A DNA stretch of 64,000 nt, taken from assembly GCA_963779925.1 (NCBI GenBank), contig CAVZZS010000010.1, positions 612-64,611 on the forward strand, given 5' to 3'. Of this stretch, positions 1-7,909 are shown in pieces (the first letter of the stretch is position 1; the number at the start of each line of letters is the position of its first letter). The stretch is from an uncultured Nanoarchaeota archaeon. GTDB lineage: Archaea; Nanobdellota; Nanobdellia; Pacearchaeales; GW2011-AR1. The notes beneath the pieces were generated by a model. That model saw nothing but the letters and a program-made list of their open reading frames with translations, searched no databases and was not told the origin of the DNA. The position numbers and the translations under genes were made by a program.

Positions 1-112
1 TGAAACAGCGCTTTATACGATTCTATTGCTCCGGCAGAAGGGAGTACTCTGGAACAAACAGTTCAACTTTTTCTTTGCCTTCTAGGAACTTATTATATGA
101 AAGTAATTACCG

Positions 113-421
113 CTAATTTAAATAGCTGGAACATCCAGATACAAGATTATTATTAAAGTTAGTTTCTGAAAAAAGATATTCCATATCTAAAACATCCAGG
201 ACATCTTCAATACCTTCAAGATTATGCTGTAGCTTTTTTAATACAATCTCTACATCCATGTTGTCAGAGTTCAAAAAATATTTATCCAACTCTCCAGCCT
301 CTTGTTTTTTTATCTTAGTTATATTGTCCAAGAAAGAGAAAATATCACCCAAATTGTCTAAGTCCTTATTGGAATAGTTCAGATCTCTTAGAGAAAATAT
401 GCCAGTCTGCAACTCTTTCAA
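113..421 (-). CDS. PhoU-like C-terminal fragment, probably part of one broken 113..1034 AbrB-PhoU regulator gene
   Basis: 102 aa ORF. DLDNLGDIF resembles the PhoU DLERIGD motif. It lies on the same strand directly downstream of the AbrB-domain ORF. It starts at TTG only. Confidence 0.4.
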   Translation of the reverse strand: MKELQTGIFSLRDLNYSNKDLDNLGDIFSFLDNITKIKKQEAGELDKYFLNSDNMDVEIVLKKLQHNLEGIEDVLDVLDMEYLFSETNFNNNLVSGCSSYLN

Positions 422-566
422 GTCTCCTGATTAATTCCAGATAGGTATTCATAAGGTACATATCATTTCATCTGGTTCTCTTTCGAATTGTTTTTATTTT
501 CCATTCGCATAAAAGAGTATTTTTTTGATAGGTTATTCAGAGAATCAACAGAATTTTCAAGCTTTT

Positions 567-1034
567 TTAATTCTTCAAAATCCTTTTTTCTAATTGTTCA
601 AACATCAGATTTATCAGATAAACCCCCCTTTTCATTATCTTCTCAAGGCTTATATCCATGTCCTTAAATGAAAGAGAAATCTCTACCAGTTTATCCTCTT
701 CAGTTGTTATGCTATATCCGTGAAAACGCTCGAGAATATCTCTGATTCTGCTGGATTCTTTTTCCTCTTTGCTGCCAAAGCTTATTTTGATATTATTAAT
801 GCCCTTTATGTAGCACATCCTTATGAATTCTCTTAGATTCTTTATCTTCTTGTATTCGACATAAAGGGGCTTATTATCTGGTTTATGATTTTCCGCATTG
901 ATAATAAGATTATTATTCAAGTTATCTATGAAAACAAAATCTTTTTCCTTCAGATGATTATGGGTTATCCAGTCTTTTGGCAGCGAAATAGAATAAGACC
1001 CTTTTCCTACAGACTGTATTCTTCTTGCTTCCAT
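567..1034 (-). CDS. AbrB/SpoVT-domain protein, N-terminal part of an archaeal PhoU-type regulator
   Basis: MEARRIQSVGKGSYSISLPKDW matches the SpoVT/AbrB swapped-hairpin N-terminus typical of archaeal PhoU-family regulators. At 155 aa it is about half the usual length. Confidence 0.6.
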   Translation of the reverse strand: MEARRIQSVGKGSYSISLPKDWITHNHLKEKDFVFIDNLNNNLIINAENHKPDNKPLYVEYKKIKNLREFIRMCYIKGINNIKISFGSKEEKESSRIRDILERFHGYSITTEEDKLVEISLSFKDMDISLEKIMKRGVYLINLMFEQLEKRILKN

Positions 1035-1187
1035 GAAATTAAACTGTTTTTGTTATTTTAATTGATTTCTCTATATCAGTATATACTTTAATATTAATTT
1101 GTATTCTATTTAGAGTATATAGTAATAAGTGAATCTATTGAAAGTATTCAGGCAGAAAATATAGTCTTGGCAGAATTAGAAAAATAG

Positions 1188-1501
1188 ATGAATGAAAAGA
1201 AAGAATTAATACTATTCATTAGAAATTCATTGGAAGTTTTAGCGGAGTATCAATTATTTCATGTTCCAGTTCTCGTTTCGCCAAATAATGGAAAAAATCT
1301 TGATGGTTTGTGTATTCCCAGTAAAAGTATAATTTTGGTAAGTAATGATGCTGTCTTAAGCGACAGGAAAAGACGGTTATGCACGAATTAATTCATGCGT
1401 ATGATTTTTTATACAAAGATAAATCTCTGGAAAGAGATACTAGGTCAAAGAGAAGAAAAATTGCAAAAATTGGTATATGGATAGCAAAGATACATATGTA
1501 A
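1188..1501 (+). pseudogene. SprT/WLM-like HExxH zinc metallopeptidase with an apparent -1 frame break
   Basis: The frame-3 ORF (67 aa) ends at 1391. The adjacent frame reads (R)QEKTVMHELIHAYDFLYK from about 1361. The HELIH motif is therefore separated from its N-terminal half. Confidence 0.5.
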
Positions 1502-1695
1502 TCACAAGCGCGCAGGCTTTAGCTAGACCAAATGATAAATTTCTGGATTCTCTAGAAAATCTTGCTAAAAGATTGGATGCGGAACTGATTGTCCTTCCTA
1601 TGATCGGAAATGCCGCTAGAGAAGACTATGACTTCGGAAATTTCTTCTCTAGATATAAGAGAGATATGGTCTTGAGTATTCAAAAAGAGAATTAA
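1477..1695 (+). CDS. N-terminal fragment of the downstream metallophosphoesterase gene
   Basis: 72 aa ORF in the same frame as 1705..2865, separated from it only by TAA at 1693. Confidence 0.4.
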   Translation: MDSKDTYVITSAQALARPNDKFLDSLENLAKRLDAELIVLPMIGNAAREDYDFGNFFSRYKRDMVLSIQKEN

Positions 1696-1704
1696 ACAAT
1701 AATA

Positions 1705-2865
1705 TTGGCATCGAGCAATTCAAATGTAAGGCCCGGTATCAAATTGACCCCCTTACAGGGTTGCAACGTTTTGCCCAGCGTGAAAGAAGCCTTGTTTTTG
1801 CAAGCCCAAAGCAAAGATGGGCTTACACTTCCCCACTCCAATTGCAAGATGCCAAAAGCACTGATTACAACTGGATCGGCTACTAGGCCAAATTATGCGA
1901 CCAGAAAGGATGTTAGCGCGGAAAGGCGCCGCCTCGGAAATATTGCAAAGGGAGATCATGAATATGGCGCAATTATTGTTGAAGTTGTCGGAAATAAAAA
2001 GTATCATTGGAGAAATATTGTTTCTCAAGCGGACGGAAAGTTCAATGATTTGGGAACTGAATATGATGGGAAAGAAACAAGGGCGGTAAAACCCCTTGCG
2101 ATGGTCTGCGGAGATTGGCACACAGGATATACAGATAAAAAAGTGCGTAAAACTACATTGAGGATGATTGAAGAATTTAAGCCGGAAAGATTGATCCTTC
2201 ATGATTTCTTTAATGGCCACAGTATTTCGCATCATATGCAAAAGCAATTAATCTATCAGATGATTCGGGAGGGAGCGGATAAAAATCATCTGTCTCTTGA
2301 AGTTGAGCTTGCATTATGTGGAAAAGAGCTGGAAAAGATTGCCAATCATGTAGGAAATGGCCAGATTTATATTCCCGAGTCGAATCATCTTGAATTCTTG
2401 GACCGATATCTTGACGAAGGCAGGTTTGTAAAAGACGCCATAAATGCGAGAGTTGCATTAAGATTGGCTTTAGCTTATGCTGATGGCTTGAATCCTGTTG
2501 AGGAAGGCATTCGATATGTTCATGGGAGTATACCTGAAAATGTGACATTTCTTACTCGTTGGGACGATCTGAAAGTTAACGGATACCAGCTTGGAAATCA
2601 TGGTGATACAGGACCCCAGGAGGGAAGAGGGAATATACTTACGAAAGAGAAAGATTTCGGGAAAAGCATTACGGGCCATGTTCATAAATCCGAAAAGCTA
2701 AGGCAAACATTTACGGTAGGAACAATGCTTCCATTCGATACTTTCTATATCAAGGGAAATCCAATTGCCTGGACGCATAGCCATGCTTTTGTGTATCCTA
2801 CAGGAGTTCAAGTGGTGAATATAATCGGAGGCCATTATTCTAGAGAAGACCGTGAAAAAAATTAG
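1705..2865 (+). CDS. calcineurin-like metallophosphoesterase (phage/plasmid-like)
   Basis: Motifs in canonical order: VCGDWHTG (DxH), LHDFFNGH, ESNHLEF (GNHE-like), LGNHGD, TGHVHKS (GHxH). It has only a TTG start and is visibly GC-richer than its surroundings. Confidence 0.7.
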   Translation: MASSNSNVRPGIKLTPLQGCNVLPSVKEALFLQAQSKDGLTLPHSNCKMPKALITTGSATRPNYATRKDVSAERRRLGNIAKGDHEYGAIIVEVVGNKKYHWRNIVSQADGKFNDLGTEYDGKETRAVKPLAMVCGDWHTGYTDKKVRKTTLRMIEEFKPERLILHDFFNGHSISHHMQKQLIYQMIREGADKNHLSLEVELALCGKELEKIANHVGNGQIYIPESNHLEFLDRYLDEGRFVKDAINARVALRLALAYADGLNPVEEGIRYVHGSIPENVTFLTRWDDLKVNGYQLGNHGDTGPQEGRGNILTKEKDFGKSITGHVHKSEKLRQTFTVGTMLPFDTFYIKGNPIAWTHSHAFVYPTGVQVVNIIGGHYSREDREKN

Positions 2866-2868
2866 TAA

Positions 2869-3627
2869 TTAGAAAGGTATCAAGTCCAAAGGCTGTTCAG
2901 TTTCTCCAAGCCATTGTGTCAGTCTTTTCAATTTCAGTTTGTCATCTGCAGAAATTATTTTATATTTCGCCTTGGGATGTCCGTTTCCTGAAAAAAGATA
3001 AGAGGACTCCTCCACTCCGCCCAAAAGGGGGAGCGATTCTTCTCTTTCTCTTGTAATCGCTTCAAGGACAGGAGTTCTTTCTTCAACAGTGGCCCTTAAT
3101 TGCTTATCGAATAAATCATAGTCCTCCGGATTGGATAACACATAAATGAAGCTGTTATTGGGAGCAGGAATAGTGATTCTTTCAAGATTATTCAAGTTTG
3201 GATAGATTTTGCTCAGCAAGTCTATTCTCTTTTTCCCTTCTTTTGTGGCAATTTCATAGTCTTTGTTGAATACGGCAAGGATATCCCTCCCATTGAGATT
3301 CTGCCATGCCTGGCATGTTCTTCTCTTCTCGTAATCCGTTTCTTCTATATGCAATGCATCTTCTTTCATGACTTCGGTAAGCTCCTCCAGAACCTTGTTG
3401 ACTTCTTCTTTTGTTCTCATGGTTCTTGAAACCGCAAATGCATAGAAAGCGAATTGGTGCGGGACAATGTACTGGTCTCCCCATCTGAATTTTATAGAAG
3501 CGAAAGGAATGTCCAAATCATTGGAAGTAACTTCATCGATTCGGTTTATCACATCATAATAATATGCTACTTTTATCGCTTTTGGATCTTTGAATTCTTG
3601 CTCGTCAAATAATCCGCCAAAGTTCAT
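2869..3627 (-). CDS. hypothetical protein
   Basis: 252 aa ORF with no recognisable motif. It lies immediately downstream of the nuclease ORF on the same strand. Confidence 0.5.
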   Translation of the reverse strand: MNFGGLFDEQEFKDPKAIKVAYYYDVINRIDEVTSNDLDIPFASIKFRWGDQYIVPHQFAFYAFAVSRTMRTKEEVNKVLEELTEVMKEDALHIEETDYEKRRTCQAWQNLNGRDILAVFNKDYEIATKEGKKRIDLLSKIYPNLNNLERITIPAPNNSFIYVLSNPEDYDLFDKQLRATVEERTPVLEAITREREESLPLLGGVEESSYLFSGNGHPKAKYKIISADDKLKLKRLTQWLGETEQPLDLIPF

Positions 3628-3665
3628 TTCTTCTCCAAAAATTTCAGCATAATCTTTCCATGTAG

Positions 3666-3929
3666 TTATAGCATAATGCAGCCCTGCTCTTCATTCAGAA
3701 CGCCTTTTTTTCCTTTTCCGGATTTTACTTCAATAGAAAGCCTTGGATTGAACCTGTTTTTTATCGAAATCAGATCTGGCCTTCGCCTTCCATTCGGATT
3801 TTTCATCATCATGAAAAGCCTTGAGACATAAAATTCAGAATCAGTGCCGAAAACCCCTGTCTTGTCGCTTCGTCCTTTTTTCATTAAAAAGTCTCTTTCG
3901 GAGGAGTTAAAAGCATATATGTAAAGCAA
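3666..3929 (-). CDS. PD-(D/E)xK nuclease, Hjc/restriction-endonuclease-like
   Basis: GTDSEFYVSRLF ... RRPDLIS ... LSIEVKSGKGKKGVLNEEQ follows the Hjc pattern (E, PD, ExK, Q). Confidence 0.55.
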   Translation of the reverse strand: MLYIYAFNSSERDFLMKKGRSDKTGVFGTDSEFYVSRLFMMMKNPNGRRRPDLISIKNRFNPRLSIEVKSGKGKKGVLNEEQGCIML

Positions 3930-3958
3930 TGACTAATATGTAGAAACAGGTATTTGCC

Positions 3959-5383
3959 CTACTTGCCTTTCTTTTTTCTGACTCTTTTTCTCTTTGCTAG
4001 AATAATAGATATTACTATGATAGCAATAGCTAAAATTGAAAATGCAACTATGATCAGGATTTTGTTTATATTGACTAAATTGCTATTCTGCTCAGCAAGA
4101 TTGTTTTGACTAGAATGATAGTTGTTTATCATAAAGGGTTCAGACAAGTCAAAAGAAATCTGTCCCAGGCTGTCAGTTGCAACAACTTCTACTATATAGT
4201 TTCCATCAGGAACAGAAGAGGAATCCCAAGAATAAGACAGGCTCTGTGAATTATTATTTGTAATTGTCTTATAAAAAGACCCGTCGGGATTCAGCAAAGA
4301 AATATTATAATATTGAATATTATATCCATTAGGTGAAATAGATTGGACATAGCCGATTGTAATAACTCCTGAATAAGTGTTATTAGTAGGAAAGTAAACA
4401 TGTGGGACGCTTGGAGAGATTCCCCCTAATTGAATTAAATCTGATCCGACTGAAGAGCAGCTTTGATTTCCTAGCATATCGCTCGCACAGGCGTAATAAT
4501 AGAATGTGTCTGTTCCAGAGTACTGGTGAAGATGGGCATCAAATGTATAAATCTGATTAGTCCATCCGGCCCCGTTGTTTCTTGATGTTTGCGCTGCAGT
4601 GGTTCTTGTTTCATTATTGATATAATAAATATACCAAAGTCCGGGGCCAATGCCTTTTCTAAGTAGAAAATAAGAAGTAGGAGTGACTTTTACCGTTCCA
4701 ATCATTCCCGTTGCAGGATTTATCGTTAATCCGACAAATTGATATTGGTTATTCATTTCTGAATCTGAAAAATTTTGCGTGGAGTTTAATGTTCCGAATT
4801 GGTAGCAATTTCGATTTGTGTCCGTCCTTCCGGAAACATAAGATGAATTGCAGTAAAATTCATACAATGGAGAGGCTCCAACAGATGAATTAGCCATGAA
4901 CATGAAGATATTATAGTCCTTTAAGCTTGAAACGCTAAGGAATTCCATCTTCACAGCGCTGTTATTTGTCAAAGTAACAAATGAGTGAGGGGTGTTTTCA
5001 AAAATGCTTTCATCCAAATTTGCCGTCGTGGGATAAACATCTCCATGATCAAGAACCGCTGAGTATAATGAATTGTTATTTGTCATGGTTTCATTGAAAA
5101 ATCCGGTCTCTGCTGTTGCATTTACATAATTAGATGCATCGCTGGAAGTCGAGTTAGTCTTGTAGAATAAAGTTACCGAAGAAGCATTTAACCCTGCTAA
5201 ATCGGTTATGGAATAGGCAATGTTTAGGTTTTGCGTAAATAAATTTAAAGTGTTTATATCTGCAGGAATTTTATTTGCAGAAGAAAACTGCGGAGGTTCA
5301 GCTAGAACCAGTATGCTGAAAAAGGTAATTAGAAATATTGACAACAATAAATTTTTACTGCTAAAAAAACTCTTTTTAATCAT
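3959..5383 (-). CDS. exported surface protein with many N-glycosylation sequons and a C-terminal TM anchor
   Basis: N-terminal hydrophobic signal. More than 20 NxS/T sequons. Ig-like C-terminal region (PDGNYIVEVVATDSLG). TM segment plus KRKRVRKKKGK tail. Confidence 0.7.
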   Translation of the reverse strand: MIKKSFFSSKNLLLSIFLITFFSILVLAEPPQFSSANKIPADINTLNLFTQNLNIAYSITDLAGLNASSVTLFYKTNSTSSDASNYVNATAETGFFNETMTNNNSLYSAVLDHGDVYPTTANLDESIFENTPHSFVTLTNNSAVKMEFLSVSSLKDYNIFMFMANSSVGASPLYEFYCNSSYVSGRTDTNRNCYQFGTLNSTQNFSDSEMNNQYQFVGLTINPATGMIGTVKVTPTSYFLLRKGIGPGLWYIYYINNETRTTAAQTSRNNGAGWTNQIYTFDAHLHQYSGTDTFYYYACASDMLGNQSCSSVGSDLIQLGGISPSVPHVYFPTNNTYSGVITIGYVQSISPNGYNIQYYNISLLNPDGSFYKTITNNNSQSLSYSWDSSSVPDGNYIVEVVATDSLGQISFDLSEPFMINNYHSSQNNLAEQNSNLVNINKILIIVAFSILAIAIIVISIILAKRKRVRKKKGK

Positions 5384-5444
5384 GCATCACAAAATCTCTT
5401 TTTATTATACATACTCGGTTTTAACATTTTTAAATGTTTTTTTT

Positions 5445-5918
5445 TCAAATTACTAATGCTTTGATTATCTTGATTTCCTGAAGAGGCCTGTCCTGGGCAT
5501 TCGTCTGTGTTTTTCCTATTTTTTCAACAACATCCATTCCTTCAATTACCCTGCCGAAAACCGGGTGCTTTCCATCAAGAAAATTGTTATTGGCTAAGTT
5601 TATGAAGAATTGGCTTCCCCCAGTATCGGGACCTGCATTTGCCATTGATATTGTTCCGCGCTTGTTTTCATCAAGTTTTGTCTCTGTAAACTCATCTCTT
5701 ATTTTATAACCCGGGCCGCCCATGCCTGTCCCGGTCGGATCTCCGCCCTGGATCATGAATCCGTCTATGATCCTGTGAAAAATCACCCCGTTATAGAATC
5801 CGGCTCTGACTAGCTTTTCAAAATTCCCGGAGGTTATAGGCATCTCTTTGTAGAGTTCTATAACTACGTCTCCCTGACTTGTTTCTAATTTAATCCTAGT
5901 ATCTTGATTTTCTGCCAT
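5445..5918 (-). CDS. ppiB: cyclophilin-type peptidyl-prolyl cis-trans isomerase
   Basis: FHRIIDGFMIQGGDPTGTGMGGPGY and SMANAGPDTGGSQFFI are signature cyclophilin blocks. Confidence 0.95.
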   Translation of the reverse strand: MAENQDTRIKLETSQGDVVIELYKEMPITSGNFEKLVRAGFYNGVIFHRIIDGFMIQGGDPTGTGMGGPGYKIRDEFTETKLDENKRGTISMANAGPDTGGSQFFINLANNNFLDGKHPVFGRVIEGMDVVEKIGKTQTNAQDRPLQEIKIIKALVI

Positions 5919-5946
5919 TTTAACAAAAAATAAGAGAAAAAATTAA

Positions 5947-6114
5947 TTAATATCTTCTTGGAGCTTTTTTAGCGTAACATTCTTTGCAATAAATTGGCTT
6001 GCCGGCTGTAGGTTTGAAAGGTACTTCGCAGTCTTTCTTGCATTCAGAGCAAACAGCTTTATGCATTTCTCTTGGTCCACTAAATCCACCCTGTCTTGAA
6101 TCATTAAATCCCAT
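5947..6114 (-). CDS. small zinc-ribbon protein with a CxxC-x17-CxxC domain
   Basis: My own translation in a frame not listed in the ORF track: MGFNDSRQGGFSGPREMHKAVCSECKKDCEVPFKPTAGKPIYCKECYAKKAPRRY. GGAGG lies 6 nt upstream of the ATG. Spacing between the Cys pairs is exactly 17 residues. Confidence 0.75.
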   Translation of the reverse strand: MGFNDSRQGGFSGPREMHKAVCSECKKDCEVPFKPTAGKPIYCKECYAKKAPRRY

Positions 6115-6210
6115 TGTTTTCCTCCATATCTATTTAATAACAATCTAGAACTTGTCTAGTTGATTAGTAAAGAACAATATTTTGAATATATAAACGTATG
6201 CTAATAGAAT

Positions 6211-6954
6211 TTATTTTGTCGCATATCCGCCAAGAATTGCAATATCATATGTGCCTAATGGAACCGGGGTTCCGCCCCCGCCTACTGCAGCGGATTCAGA
6301 AGAATAAAATCTCCAAGAGCCTCTAGCTTGAACAAAGAAATTATCCAGGAATTTTAATGTAACTGCTGCTCCCGCTTGAAAATCAGAACCGGCTGAAATA
6401 GGCAAATCAGCATTGCTGTTTCCAGAACCAGTCCATATGGTATCGCCTGCAAAGACTTCCAAATCTAATGGTCCTATTCTTGGAAGATGGTATGTTAAAT
6501 CTGCTGTAAAAAAATATTCTGGATTGTCTGCGGAAACTCCGGGATCTCCTTGAGTGTTGCCCGAGTATGTTTCATAAAAAGGCTGGTAAGCCTTGACATA
6601 ATTTGGTGATTCAGTCATAGCCCATGAAAATAAAACATCAGCTCCAAATCCGCTATCTCTATTTATGAATTCTGCATATATTTGAGGCATAGTGTCCAAT
6701 AAAGGCGTGTTACCAGGATCTGTTGTAGTAGCTCCCCAATCACTTGATGCAGGGGGGTTTCCAGCAACGCTGCCGGTTTCATAGCCTATACCCGCCCCGA
6801 ATCTGAATTCTATATTGGGTGCCGGACGAACATAATCTGGAAAGGTTTCTTTAGCCTGTTCAACCCAATCTTCTTGGGCAATCGCAGGAATTGCAACAGC
6901 AGCCGCTAATGTTCCTGCAACAATCAGAGGCGCTATTCTTCTTAATAAACCCAT
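6211..6954 (-). CDS. secreted protein with outer-membrane-like beta-barrel character
   Basis: Ala/Leu-rich Sec signal ending AIAQE. Repeated amphipathic alternating strands: IEFRFGAGIGYE, ADVLFSWAM, FFTADLTYHL, LDLEVFAG, AAVTLKF, FFVQARGSWRFY, YDIAILGGYAT. Visibly GC-richer. Confidence 0.55.
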   Translation of the reverse strand: MGLLRRIAPLIVAGTLAAAVAIPAIAQEDWVEQAKETFPDYVRPAPNIEFRFGAGIGYETGSVAGNPPASSDWGATTTDPGNTPLLDTMPQIYAEFINRDSGFGADVLFSWAMTESPNYVKAYQPFYETYSGNTQGDPGVSADNPEYFFTADLTYHLPRIGPLDLEVFAGDTIWTGSGNSNADLPISAGSDFQAGAAVTLKFLDNFFVQARGSWRFYSSESAAVGGGGTPVPLGTYDIAILGGYATK

Positions 6955-7014
6955 AAAAAATTTAATCTGCTCTTATTTATAAGGTTTTATATACAAAAGA
7001 AAAATATATTGTAC

Positions 7015-7872
7015 ATGGCAAATACATTCGGAAAAGCTAAACCTGAAAGGAACAAAAGTAACAGAATCAACAAGCATAGGCAGTCAATACCGACCATAAT
7101 AAACAATCTTATTTATCAGGCAGACATAATCCTGGAAGTTCTTGATGCCCGGTTCATTGAAAGGACAAGGCACCCGACTATTGAAAAAAAGATAAGATCT
7201 ATGCACAAAAAGATAATCTATGTCCTGAATAAGGCAGATTTGGTTGATACTCATGAAGTAGAAGAGAAACTGGAATTGGGAAAGCTGAATCCGCATGTGT
7301 TTTTCTCTTCTAAGGAGAAAAGAGGCGTTGTCGTTCTGAGGAATCTGATAAAAAAAGAGGCTAAGAAGATAGACAAGGATGCTGTTAATGTCGGCATCGT
7401 CGGATATCCCAACACTGGCAAGAGCTCTCTGATAAATTCTCTGATCTTGAAGGCTTCTGCAAGAGTCTCCCCAATTGCAGGCTATACTAAAACAATACAG
7501 AAGATAAGGCTGGCCAGAGGTATTTATCTCATTGACGCTCCGGGTATACTCCACCCTGAAGAAGGTATGACTATAAACAGAGAGAACACTGTAAGGCATT
7601 CGCAGATCGGGGCGATTGACTGGAACAAGATAAGAGACCCCGAGCTTGTAGTCGACAGCCTGATGAAAGAATATCCCAACTCTATTGAGAAGCATTACAA
7701 TCTTGAAGTAAAAAATGATTCCGAAGTTCTGATTGAAGAGCTTGGAAGAAAATTGAATTATTTGAAAAAAGGAAACCAGGTCGATGAGATCAGGACTGCA
7801 AAACAGATTCTGAGGGATTGGCAGGAAGGGAAAATAAAAATAGATAATTTCAACATTTCACAGAATTTATAA
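7015..7872 (+). CDS. circularly permuted ribosome-biogenesis GTPase (YlqF/RbgA-Nug family)
   Basis: G4 NKADL precedes G1 GYPNTGKSSLIN and G3 DAPG, which is the permuted order. The ATG at 7015 is preferred over the TTG at 7009. Confidence 0.8.
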   Translation: MANTFGKAKPERNKSNRINKHRQSIPTIINNLIYQADIILEVLDARFIERTRHPTIEKKIRSMHKKIIYVLNKADLVDTHEVEEKLELGKLNPHVFFSSKEKRGVVVLRNLIKKEAKKIDKDAVNVGIVGYPNTGKSSLINSLILKASARVSPIAGYTKTIQKIRLARGIYLIDAPGILHPEEGMTINRENTVRHSQIGAIDWNKIRDPELVVDSLMKEYPNSIEKHYNLEVKNDSEVLIEELGRKLNYLKKGNQVDEIRTAKQILRDWQEGKIKIDNFNISQNL

Positions 7873-7909
7873 ATATCAGCGGTATAATTATATCAAGAGA
7901 TGATTTTCG

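Noticed and set aside
1-155. Plus-strand frame open from the left edge to a TAA at about 153-155 (…ALYDSIAPAEGSTLEQTVQLFLCLLGTYYMKVITANLNSWNIQIQDYY)
   Set aside because: It could be the 3' end of a gene starting upstream. However, it is short, unrecognisable, and overlaps the PhoU-like fragment. There is not enough evidence to call it.
1753-2685. Antisense and overlapping ORFs in the track (1753..2247-, 1895..2089+, 2210..2548-, 2470..2685-) inside the phosphoesterase gene
   Set aside because: They are shadow ORFs of a gene with clear catalytic motifs. They have no motifs of their own, and the locally higher GC content inflates spurious ORF length.
5943-6143. 66 aa ORF given in the track
   Set aside because: The overlapping frame encodes a perfect CxxC-x17-CxxC zinc ribbon with a GGAGG ribosome-binding site. 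The listed frame has no features.
7084-7695. 203 aa antisense ORF opposite the cpGTPase gene. The same situation applies to 24622..25245 opposite infB, 29319..31329 opposite gyrA, 33161..34305 opposite gyrB, 41936..42412 opposite the YchF-type gene, and 47268..47720 and 47802..48185 opposite the FNR-like gene and sufC
   Set aside because: Each lies opposite a strongly conserved gene and has a low-complexity, Ser/Leu/Phe-rich composition typical of antisense frames.
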